Positions 49,931 through 61,164 of a stretch of 64,000 nt of DNA are shown here, one piece after another. A program made the position numbers and the translations under genes. The notes under the pieces are model-generated. The model searched no databases. It saw only the letters and a list, made by a program, of their open reading frames with translations, and was not told the origin of the DNA. Positions within the stretch are counted from its first letter, which is position 1, and every line of letters starts with the position of its first letter. The stretch comes from Isurus oxyrinchus (Eukaryota), in NCBI GenBank assembly GCA_026770705.1, contig JANJGN010000002.1:175956001-176020000 (forward strand), read 5' to 3'.

Positions 49931-50052
49931 TAAAAACAAAAAAAAACTGCGGATGCTGGAAATCCAAAAGACAAACAGAATTACCTGGAAAAACTCAGCA
50001 GGTCTGGCAGCATCGGCGGAGAAGAAAAGAGTTGACGTTTCGAGTCCTCATG
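49931..50052 (-). mobile_element. Young short Penelope-like insertion
   Basis: Same family; direct repeat CATATGTTTGA (49920-49930 / 50062-50072) with a short filler before the right copy. Confidence 0.78.
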
Positions 50053-50159
50053 TTTTTCCAACATATGTTTGAATTTTTTTAAACACTGCATTTTTTACTA
50101 AGCACATTGAGCGCTTGGAATCCAGATTCAGTTTCTTAATGATAAATTTTGCTCTTTGA

Positions 50160-51500
50160 ACATATCAGAAGCAAACCTGATTCAAACTGTCAATCCTACT
50201 AATGATTAATGGGTAGAAACAGACAAAGGAAAAGCAGCGAGTGTTTGATTTATGAATGACCTTGATATACAATACTGTTTTTATAAATGCAAGAAAAGAC
50301 TATCACATATTTAAGAGATCACGTGTACAAAACGTTTAAATGTTGGAACCCTGTACGCATATCTAATCGATTCTCTTCATATCATTTAAAAGCTACAACT
50401 GCTTATATAGCTGACAGTCATTAGCTGGATGGATGAATACATGTGTAGGAATGTTAAGGCTGACTGACTGGATCCAGCAGGTCTTTTCACGGTGTAACGA
50501 TATCCTGGATACACAAGATTTTTAATTATCCAAAAGCCGTGTAATTTAGAATTTACAGTACTTCCCTAAACCATTAAATGGTACATGAATTAATGTCATT
50601 CGGAGGATATGCAGTATCTCAAGTCAAATTACGTTATTTTACACGAAATTCTATATTGTTGGACCCTTCAGTTAACATCAGACATGTGTTATCTGACCAA
50701 TTGAAAAACTTCGACTTGCACACCCATGGTCCATATCACATTTGATTTAATCCCACTTGAAGCCTTAAATATGCGACGCTGGTTATTCCTTGCAATTGTA
50801 AAACCGTATTGTGTATCACAGTCATTAGTCAATCAGCCGCTAACCCCGCTCCTGTCTCCAGTTTAAACCATTAATCAGAAGTGAAATTGACAGTGCCTTA
50901 ATCGGCGTTATTTCAGATACTTTCAAACAGCAGAAGTCAACTCGGTCTCATCTGTTTGAGGAAGGTGGCGCGTTCAGTTTCTTTGTTGGAGATAGACAGC
51001 TTTCCTTGCGAAGTCAGAACGATAGACGCTGAGTCAGAATGGATCTCGCCAGATGGTTAAAAAGTCAAACCCAATAAAAGTGTCCAAATTCCTTCCTATT
51101 TTTCTATCTGAAGCTTTTTTTAGTTGTAATTTTCTGTGGAAAATACAGTCTTACATCCTCACTGGAAGATATGTTTTGACAGACATGTGGATCATTAGTT
51201 TAACACATCACAGATCTGTCACAATTTATTCTTCCAGGTGTGAGCTCTCCGGCGAATCTTTCTCATCTACAGTATCGCCTGAATGGGCACATAAGTAAGG
51301 CAAGGCGAGTGTCATTGAACAGGGTGCCTCGAATCGAGGACACTGGTGCAGCAGGCTCGGGAACGATGTAACGGGGGTTTCTTCCGTCATTCTCGGTTTC
51401 GCGTGGTCATTCCGCTGCATTACTTGAATGTGATGGTCCCAGAACCGGCGTCAGCCTGTCTTGCGACTTGAAAAAGATGAAGCACCATTTAGGTAGAAAT
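50160..51500. promoter_or_regulatory. Candidate distal enhancer / CpG-rich block about 31 kb upstream of Pax3
   Basis: ACTGTCAAT-N8-TGATTAATGG at 50186-50212 and in reverse orientation at 50868-50894; TGATTTATGA 50246-50255; TGACAG 50412-50417; locally many CpGs. Confidence 0.5.
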
Positions 51501-51559
51501 TTGAACCAGCCCCCATCGTCACCATTGCACTGCTGAAAAATGTTGTTTCAACTTGTTAT

Positions 51560-51935
51560 CTTTGTAGAACGATCGCCATACTCCTGGCAGCTAGGTGTAG
51601 CTCATCCAGGAAGCTCCCCAACTCTAACCCCGAGTACAGTACGGATTTAAACTACTCCCAGCTGGGGCGGCGGCAAGGGCACTGCTATTAGCCCAGCACC
51701 CCCAGATTAAGATGAGGAAGTTAGCCAGTGTTCCTGCTCCTGGTGGTTTTCCAGGAACCCCTGCTAGAAATAGATTTTGGGTGAGAAAAGGATCAGGCCA
51801 GGTTGTGATGACCCATGCAGCTGAATAACCAGCCAACACTCATGGTCCAATCATACATATGAGGAATGTCATTTGATAAGGCATCAAAGGTGGGTGAAAC
51901 AGGTAGAACCACAAACTCACAAGCAGCCTTGAGGA
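51560..51935 (+). mobile_element. Old SINE-like repeat (same family as 9640-9935)
   Basis: Shared motifs with the reverse complement of 9640-9935; ends GAGGAGAGGAAGGAAGAAAATTG. Confidence 0.45.
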
Positions 51936-54249
51936 GAGGAAGGAAGAAAATTGTTCAAAAAAATAAGAAGTACATCCAGAGTTAATGTATAATCAACCAG
52001 GTTCACAGTTATTAACAATAAGTAAAAAGAAAACTCCAAAGAAATTTCCTTTCAGAAAAACTAAACATGCTCCCAATCAAGAAAATAATTCAAAACTTAC
52101 AGAAAAGCAATGGAGCTTAAACAGGAATATCAGGTTTGCTAATATTATCTTCCTATTGGAATTACATCGAAGATACAATTTGTGTAATTACACATAACCC
52201 AATGGAGAGGGAAAAAAATGAAGTCATATATATTTAACTATTTATAAAATGATCTTCAGAATGGTAGAGAGATATTCTGATTTTCAAAAAAACTATCAAT
52301 TTCGGTCAACATTGGAGTCTTCACATTGTTCTAATAAGCTGGTAGAGCCATGGAGACTAGTTAAAATCATTTTAAAATTAATACTTGCCTTAGAGAGTGG
52401 CAAAGCATTGATAGGCCAGTGACCACGAGAGCACCAGAAGAACAAAAGGCTGGTATTAAATAGCAAGAGGTGCATTCCTTGCACCTAAATTACTCCAGAT
52501 TAGGAAGAAGAGCTACAAACTTCCTTGCCAGAAATCTATGTAACATTGAGAGTCCTCACTGGAAACATTACACGTGCACATATTCTAAGGATTGATGCTA
52601 ATACAAGCTATTAAGGAGCTTGCAGAACAAATGAGCAAGAGTTGTCTTCAGTGTGGGCACTGTAGACATTGGCTATCCAATGCAAAAGTCAGGGGCTCTC
52701 CTACTTTTGAATCCAGAGCTCAACATGCTCTAATAGCGTAGTGGTATCCTATTACTAAAAAACATTGCTGTTTATGTACTTTATTTCACTCCAACTAAAC
52801 AGCAACCAAATATTTTCCCTGAAAATTGTGTTTGTTATAATATTTTGGCATAAAATATCATATTTTATGCTGCAGCAGAAGTACATTATATTGAGAGATA
52901 AATATCAGAAAGTAAGCAAAAATAAGATGAGATACTTTTTTTCTGTTAATTTCACCCTATATGTTGAACAGATTAGTGTGCAGCATATGTTTGATACATT
53001 TCAGAAACAAAATTTAAATACTTGCAATCAAACAGTTAATGTTTTTACTCATTCATTTCTCACAATCTTATGACAGAATCTAGCATTTATTTCAGGATGG
53101 CATTTGAGTTACGACATGCTTTTGGAGAATTGGCCAAACTTGAAGATGTCTGTTTTTAACCAGTTGATGAAATTAAAAGACCTTTATGAATTATACATTA
53201 TTGAAGTTTGAAGAGACTTATGTTTGTAAAAGAGGGCATTGTGCTTACAGATTTTTAAGATTCATTGGTGCATTGATGCTTGTAAATGAATAATAAGTTT
53301 AGCACAGTTTTTGTTATTTCAGAGACCTCACAAATAATGGATTCCATTAAGAATCAAGTGGGAAGACTTAAATCATTATGTCAATTTGCAACGGTTTTTG
53401 AAAGGAAGCTGCTCATTGACTGTATTATCATCAAGAGTTAAAATTAAGTTCTTGGATGGTTAATGGAACAGTAAGTCATCAATTAGAGTCATGAATTTAA
53501 AACAACTCTCAATATTTTTATGTTCCTATGCACATTGGCTCAAATTGTCAATGCTTGGCCTATTTCATAAGGCCATGAGGTAATTTTCCAAGTGAATGGG
53601 TGGCAGATGAGGAATCCAAAATGCTGAAGTGGTATAAGTTAGCATATTTTTTCTTCTGTAGTGATCCTTGGGTAGTTTCCAGAACCATTTACCAGTGACT
53701 AGAATTCTGAATATGTAGCACTTATATTTGCAAATTAATACCTCTAAAATCTTTCAAAAAATTACAAAATTTAAAAACTGCTTTTGTTACACGTATTTAC
53801 CTCATGAGTGTGTTTTTCTCGTTTTGCTCCAATGGCAAAATTAAACAGCCCACTGTTTGAAACTTCTCCAGTACAATCATTTTTCAATGTAAAATAACAC
53901 TGCAATTGGATGGAACCATTCACTCACTATATTTAGCAAAATTTTAAATATCACATTTTCTCCAATTGTTAGTTCTATTAAAATCTCATCACTCGTTCCT
54001 TTAGAATGGGTTTGATCACTTTCCTAGTAATAACACAAGAAATCTCCCTATTAGGCTTACCACAACATAAACATTAAGTGACCAAAGGATATCTTTCCTC
54101 ATGGTAATTGCACAGTTGTTGGAAGCTTCGATTGAAAATTAGTTCTGATCCTTTTCTAGAATGCAGTGAAAAGTGTTTTATTTCTGTTTTCAAGGACTGA
54201 TAAAAAGGCTGCCAGTTATGGAGAAATGTAAGAAAGAAATGGTTTGTAT

Positions 54250-54915
54250 TTATAACAACAATTTGCATTTATCTAGCATCTTTAACAACAACAGCAACTT
54301 GCATTTATATCACACCTTGTATTGTAGAAAAACATCTGAAGGTGCTTCACTGGAGCATTATCAAATAAAATTTTACACTGAGCCATTTGAGGAGATATTT
54401 GGATAAGCTCAAGTTTATGAAGGGTGGAAGATGGGAGGCCAGCCAATAGAGCATTGGAATTGGCAAAGCTGGAACTAGCAAAGACATGGATGAGAGTTTC
54501 AGCAGCAGCTGAGCTGAACTGGGGCAGAGTCAGACAATGTTACGGCAGTGGAAGTAGGTTGTCTTAGCGATGGCGCAGCTATGTGGTCAGAAACTCATTA
54601 TGGAGTCAATTATGACATGAAGATTGCAAAAAGTCTGCTTCAGCCTCAGACAGTTGCAAGGGAGAAGGATGGAAATGGTGACTAGGGAACCAAATGTGTG
54701 GTGGGGACAGAAGACAATGGTTTCAGACTTGCCAAAATTTAGTTAGAGAGCATTTCTACTCACCAGTACTGAAGGAGTCAGTGGAGTGGGTGAGAGAAAT
54801 GATGGAGAGGTAGAGTTGGGTGTCATCAGCATACATGTGAAATCTGATGTGTTTGGCTGATGTCATCAAGGGGAAGCATGTAGATAACGAATAGGAGGGA
54901 GCCAAAGATAGATCT
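54250..54915 (-). mobile_element. Decayed L2 LINE fragment with duplicated 3' tail
   Basis: AACAAC..TTGCATTTAT.TAGCA tail present twice (54254-54320); GTGTCATCAGCATACATGTG is the reverse of HMYADDT. Confidence 0.8.
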
Positions 54916-55469
54916 TTAACATTCAATTATATGTCCCTTAGCTATAAGGGAACAGAAATGACGGCTCTACCAGGAGGATGGGCAGGATGAGAAAGTAATT
55001 GTTTTAATAGGGACTAGAGGAACAAAGGTGATGGAGCTGAGGTGTGATTGAGATTGGTCACTTCAGAAATGTCAGGGTGAATGGTGGGACAATGGCTAGA
55101 CAGTTGGAATTTGAAATTACAGTTGTAAGTGACTTGGGGGAGAGTCTCTTCCAGGATAGACATCATAGGAAGCGGAGCTGGGAAGGGGTAAGCTAATGTG
55201 GGTGAAGTACGATAGAAGGAAGTGATGAAAGATAGCCTTATCTGTGAATGACACAATCAGGATAACAAGGCCACATTAGCTGGCAAGGTCAAGGGAGACA
55301 TGCAATTTATTTACAGTAAATAGAACAGGGTGGAATAAATGATATATGACAAGGTTTTACTAGGAATGGAGCGAAATATAAAATGTCTTCCTTTTGGGCA
55401 AGTACTTTTTATATGTCCATCAGACCATTTGCTACAATAATAAATCTAGTTCCAGATGGCTGTGTTTCT

Positions 55470-56090
55470 TCAAAGTTCCACATAAAAGGCTACTAGTAAA
55501 GCTCAAACTTGTGAAGATTCAAGGAAAATTTTATGGAATGAATAAGAAATTGACTAAAGGGAAGAATACAACAGGTACTTATTAGACAAGTTATGTTGTG
55601 GTGGAGAAGGCACTAAGTTAAATGCCTCAGGGATTGATAATGGGACGGCTGCTGTTTCTAATTTATGTGAATGCCTTGGATTCAGAAACTCAATGTAAAT
55701 TAGTTACATTTGCAGATTATGCCAAGCTAAGAGTGGCAGTGGAAACTGAGGAAGCAGCACAAAAGTTACAAAATGAGTTGAATAAATAATAAGTGGGCAG
55801 AATAAAAATCACAGATTAAATTTAATTTAGACAAGGTAAGATGCTGAACCTAGTGGGAAAAACATTTTTGACATGTCTACTCCTTGTTGAAATAACTAAG
55901 GATGAAGCTGAAAAATACAGGAGTTTTAGTAGAATCGACTCAGACACAACACAAACATTCCCAAAATCTGCAAAATATCAATTGACAAAACCAGTAGATT
56001 ATTCAACTACATAGTCAAAACAGTGAAATACAAGTCTAGAGGAAGTCATGATGAAATAGCAGTGCTCTGGTCAGACACAATCTTTTAATG
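55470..56090 (+). mobile_element. Decayed CR1-type LINE RT fragment
   Basis: FKVPHKRLLVKL, ATGCCTCAGGGA (PQG), TTTGCAGATTATGCCAAGCTA (FADxxKL), GCTCTGGTCAGAC (ALVR). Confidence 0.7.
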
Positions 56091-56119
56091 TGTCCTCTTC
56101 TGATCAATAAAACATTGGA

Positions 56120-57690
56120 GTGCTGTGTTCCCCAACATGCCACCCCCCACCCCCCACCGTTCCCATCGACTAATAAGCTGGTCAGAGCCTATCCAGGACA
56201 AAGTCAGCTGCCCCACAATCATTTTACGCTCAGCAAGGCATTAATTGGCTCAGGAAAAACTTCCACCCACTTTTGTGGAGGAAGTCCCACCTTAGAGAGC
56301 TGCCATCCAATTGGATGGCTGGCAACTCTGTCATCTCAGCAGCGCCAGGTTTAAGTGGTGGCCACAGCTGGGACTACAGCCAATCCAGAGGCTAAACTGA
56401 AGATGAGACTGGTGGGCTGGTGTTGAGCAAGGTGTGGCAAAACTTCCTTTGAGGATGCTCATCAAAGGCCCCCACCCGAGTTCATTCCCCCATTTAATCC
56501 TTCCGCTGGACTCTGAAACCCATTATGGCAAGGCCTGGCTGGCAGGCCCCAGTGAGAGAGCTGAGAGGGGGGGCGAGGGGGGTCTGGGTTTCAAAGCCCA
56601 GGAAGAGGCTTAAATGGGGGGGAATGACCTTGAAGGGGGGGCGGGGGCCTCTGATGAGCCCACAAAGGAAGTTTTGCCACACCTTGCTCAATTCCAAGTT
56701 GCCCACTTGACATGGGTCTCCTCTGCCACATTTAAGATATTGGTGAAAGCAGGATGGGGCCCTTATGTGGCTATTAATTGGCCATTTAAGGGCCTCAATA
56801 GGTCCAAGGGTGGGTGGGCCATCCAATGTCTCCACCATGCCCCATAAAATGGGAGGCAGATCAGGGGTGGGCAGGAAGGCAGCAGGCAGGCAATGCACTG
56901 CATTTTCGAGCCCCCCCAGCCCAACTTTCAAACCCACCACTGGGGAGTGTAACATCCAGCCCATCGTGCCAGCCAGGGCCCACCAATACACCAGACTTAA
57001 CTTCAGTCCAGCCCCATGAACCTCCCATTCTACAGGAAGTGCCTGTGGTCCCAACAGTGGCCACTGTTTGAACATGGTTCTTCTGGGACTACAGAGTTGC
57101 TGGCCAATTGAATTGGCCGGCAGCTCTCTGGGTGGGACTACCTCCCCAGATGGGGGTGAAAGTCTCAGCCTGAGCCAATTGATGCCCTGCAAGTGTAAAA
57201 TGACTCCAGGGCAGGCGTGTTTTTCATGGGTGGGCTCCTGCCCAACTTTTTATTTGTGGTTCAGGGAACAGAGCGAGATATAAAATCCAGCTAATGGGCT
57301 AGCTTTTACATTTGCCCATTGGTGGTTTGAAGGCAGGGGAGCCTTGTAAAATCCAATGTGGCCAACCCGCCGCCTACCTGCCCAATCCCAACCTGTACGA
57401 AATTTTACAGGGGATGTTGGAGGTGTCAGGTGGCAAGCCCATTCTTGGGCCTATTGAAGCCTATCATCCCACCTCCACCACTGTTTTACCCGTGGCACGG
57501 GGAGGCCCATGTCAAGCGGGTAACCCAGTAGCTTTAGCTTTGTGGGCTGGTGCCAGGAAAGGATGGGGGAGCTACTTTTGTGAGTCTCCCTGTGCCATCA
57601 GAGGCACAGTCCCCAAGACCCCAAGATCTTGCCTTTACCCTCCACTCCCCCACCTTCCCCAAACCTCATCAAAATCATCACCAACAGTTG
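56120..57690. mobile_element. Cluster of decayed GC-rich MITE-like fragments
   Basis: Motifs shared with the other MITEs (TTAATTGGCC, TAAAAT.CAGC, GGCCAATT); candidate end TAAAATCCAGC at ~57281-57291. Confidence 0.5.
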
Positions 57691-57714
57691 CCAAACAAAA
57701 AATAAAAAGGGGTA

Positions 57715-58610
57715 GACATCTCAATATGAAATCGTTGAACTCAATGTTGATTCCAGAAGGCTGCAAAGTGCTTAATCAAAAGATGAGATTGTGTTCCACA
57801 AGCTTTCATTGAGCTTCATTGAAACAGTATAGGCAGCCAAAGACTAAGAGGCCAGAGTGAGATTAGGGCAGAGCAACCAAAAGTTCAGGGTCATGTTTTC
57901 AGCCTGATTGGAGGTGATCTGCAAAGCGGTCCCGCAACCTGCATTTGGTCCACTCAGTGTAGAGGAGATTGCATCATGAGCAAATAATACAGTATACTAA
58001 ATTGAAAGAATTACAAATAAATCGCTGGTTCAGCTGGAAAGAAATGTTTGTGTCCTTGGACAGCGGGAAGGAAGGAGATTTTGCAACTTCTGCATTTGCA
58101 TGGGAGGAGGAGGGTGTTAAGATCATTGGGGAATGGTCCAGGGTGTTGCTAAGGGAGCTGCCCCTTTGGAATGCTGCAAGTGGAAAGGTGGTTTGGTGCC
58201 AGCATCATGCTGGAGGGGTGGAAATGGTAAGGGATAATCCAGTAGCAGGGGTGGTGGGGTGGAAGGTGAGGGAAAGGGAAACCCGATCATGCTTCTTGGA
58301 TGGAGGAGAAAGGTGAGAGCAGAAGTTTGCGAAATAGAAGTGGCACAGTTAAGGTCCTGTCAATCACGGTTGAGGGAATCTTCGGTTGAGGAGAAAGGAA
58401 GGCATATTAGTAGAGCTTGTGTGGAAAGTGGCATTGTAAAAACAGATGCAACAGAGACCGAAGAAATTGAGAGATAGGAATAAAGCCCTTTAATAGGGTG
58501 CTCATCAAAGGCCTCCACCCAAGTTCGTTCCCCCGTTTAAGCCTCCCTCTGGGCTCTGAAACCCATTCTGGCAAGGCAGGGTGGGAGGAAATGTAGTCAA
58601 GGTGGCAACT
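57715..58610 (-). mobile_element. Penelope-like retroelement remnant (GIY-YIG endonuclease region)
   Basis: Minus-strand translation near 57920-58040 gives FQLNQRFICNSFNLVYCIICS*CNLLY..WTKCRLRDRFADHL, matching the PLE GIY-YIG pattern (NxVYCIxCxxCxxxYIGETxRxLxxRxxEH). Confidence 0.75.
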
Positions 58611-59708
58611 CGAGAAAGAACTTACATTTATATAGCACCTTACAGAATCCCAGAACAACCCAATGAACTTTACAGCCAACAAAGTTAATTTGACATGTAG
58701 TTACTGTTGGAATGTTGGAACAATAGATCCTGAGAGTGGCCGGCGGGTTTATTTTTAGGAAGGGTCATACATTACTTCCTAAAAATTAAATCATATACCC
58801 ACGTGCAGGTTTCCATTAGGATTATCACATTAATAATAACATTCCTTCAAGCCAAAAACTCTGAGATGAATGTTCTCCCAAGAGAAAATATGATGATCAA
58901 CCCTGAAGTGGCTTTGGCTACTGATCAGTTAGTCTCCTGTTGACAATTCATAAATCATTCCCTGTTCAACTCCCATTTTTGTCACTGACACCAATATTGT
59001 CCTGTAAAATGTAATGTACTGTATGACAGTATAGTTACAATATATATAAGTTGTCACATAGATTTCATATCTGTACTTGGCATGGAAAAGTAAGTTAATT
59101 AGATTGTAAATTAAGATCTAAAAGAAAAATGTTCAAGGACCTGGATAACTGAATCAACAAACCTGGAAGTGCATCCAATTAAAGTAATTGAAGATTGGTT
59201 AACTTTTTCTGCTTTCCTAACTCAAAACAGTAAATGGCTTTAACATCTGCTTACAGGCTGAAAAGGCCAGCATGCACTCATTACAGTAAATTGCTGTGAT
59301 TTCCCTCACTTCTTCAAGCATTCAAAATATTCTTTTATTGTTTAGATAATTTCAGTTAGTCAGGTTTCCCACAAACTAAAATCACCCACCCAAGCTGCCA
59401 GCTTCAAATATATTCATTTTCATAGACACCTTCTTTTGAGGTTTGTGTGTTGTGTTTGGTTTGGGTAAACCTCTGCTTAAGTGTTTCATGCTCTGCTTAA
59501 AAAATATCGTTAAATCTTTAGAAGCAGAAGTGAATCATTTGCAAATGATTATCTTAGTTTCTGAAACTGTAACATTTCAAATTCCAAATGGCTTATCTGC
59601 AAAGTTAACTAGTGAGTTTGACTCTAGCCTGTTGTTAAGCAGCCAACATGCTAACGTCTTTATGTAAGTTATTGAGAACAGTAATTCTTGTCTTCATTAG
59701 ATTTAGAT

Positions 59709-60843
59709 TGTTTTGACCAAATGAGAAGGAGTGAACTGGCTCCCCTCTATTCAACCTCCTCAGTTGGTCACAACAAAGGTTTAAGACGTTTTCTCACAAG
59801 GATATGCCTTTTCAAATCAGAATGTATTTACTTATTTAAGCTGTGAGCAATAAGGAGCCAATCAAACAAGGTTTTCTTGGGTCAAAGCAGGAATTTATTA
59901 ACACTAAACCTGAAAAAAAACAATAAAAACATGACGTCAAGCATTCAGCCATCATGCAGCCATTCAGGCCTACACACACGCACAAGTAGCAGAAATGAGG
60001 GGAGCTAGAGTCCAAAAGAAAAAGGTAAAAGAACATACAAAAACAAAAACAGAATTACCTGGAAAAACTCAGCAGGTCTGGCAGCATCGGCGGAGAAGAA
60101 AAGAGTTGACGTTTCGAGTCCTCACGACCCTTCGAGGACTCGAAACGTCAACTCTTTTCTTCTCCGCCGATGCTGCCAGACCTGCTGAGTTTTTCCAGGT
60201 AATTCTGTTTTTGTTTTTGTTTTGGATTTCCAGCATCCACAGTTTTTTTGTTTTTATATATATGTAAAAGAACATACGTTCCCTTTGATTGTCCTTGAGG
60301 CGTAGATTTTAAATGCTGTGGCCAATTTGGTTAGCTGTTTTTTGGATGCGGTTAGATGTAGAAGATGTTACAATTATTACGAGATCTCGGTGCACTGGTA
60401 AATTTCTGGTGCAGTTGATTTTTAGAACTGGGTGGCATGTTTATTCCAAGAGAGAGAGAAGGAGAGAGACCAGCCCTGAGCCTGTTTCCTCTGCAGAAGA
60501 CTTTCTTAACACCACCTCTGTCACTTGCAATCTCTCTTAAGTGGCTGAGAAGCCTTGCCTTGAAACACTTCACCCATTGTGAATTTCCATGAGCAGCCAT
60601 TGTTTCAAGATCCAATATTTTGCATTTTTAAAGTCTCTTCCTTAGACAGTTACGAGTTTTGGTGGGCATTTGGATTATAGGAATTGTCTCTCTCTTCTCA
60701 CTCTTCTGAAGGTGATTTCTTTGTTTCTCATCTTTAACTTGGAATATAGTTTGCTCTGTCTCAGTTCAAATTGCAAAATTTCCAGTCAGTTGAAAGTTGA
60801 ACAATCATATCTTCAAAAAATAAAGGGGCATAGCCTTGTGACA
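59709..60843 (-). mobile_element. Solo LTR (probably Gypsy/Metaviridae type)
   Basis: Starts TGTTTTGA, ends TTGTGACA (TG...CA); 4-bp TSD AGAT (59705-59708 / 60844-60847); AATAAA on the minus strand about 190 bp from the left end (orientation tentative). Confidence 0.75.
60039..60263. mobile_element. Palindromic (inverted-dimer) Penelope-like insertion nested in the solo LTR
   Basis: Perfect arms 60037-60123 / 60134-60220 with a 10-nt loop; 14-bp direct repeat GTAAAAGAACATAC (60025-60038 / 60264-60277). Confidence 0.88.
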
Positions 60844-61164
60844 AGATTTACTAATATATTTGATTGCTAAATCTTAATGACTAACTAAGGAATTTATTAT
60901 GTTTTTGTGTTGAATGGATGCTCAGTTCATCTTCAATCTTTTTGGTATTATCACAAGTTTCCAAACTAAATTGAAGGTAAATAGCATACTCAGACTAAGA
61001 ATTAGTGTTGTAGATATTGTTTGAATGTTTATTTTGAATTAGTTAATGCCTCTGCTAACATGCTGACAAAACATGGGAGATGTTATGGAGATATGGTAAA
61101 TATCCATTTGCTAATATTGCTGAAAGTAATTAATAAACAGTTGCTTGGTAGTATGGAATTTAAA

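Noticed and set aside
49165-50082. Repeated peptides MLEIQNKNRITWKNSAGLAASAEKKRVDVSS / TELPGKTQQVWQHRRRRKELTFRVL as a small protein family
   Set aside because: They are alternative-frame translations of the same non-coding Penelope-like terminal repeat, also seen at 59995-60275
50900-51500. First exon of a neighbouring gene (e.g. SGPP2) in the CpG-rich patch
   Set aside because: No ORF with recognisable similarity and no convincing ATG-to-donor exon seen; a non-coding exon cannot be excluded
56494-57812. ORFs of 232 aa and 166 aa
   Set aside because: They lie in GC-rich MITE-like repeats with overlapping ORFs on both strands and no recognisable protein motif
60037-60220. miRNA precursor or CRISPR-like repeat
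   Set aside because: The hairpin is fully explained by an inverted copy of an interspersed repeat with a TSD; the family copies are dispersed, with no regular repeat-spacer array
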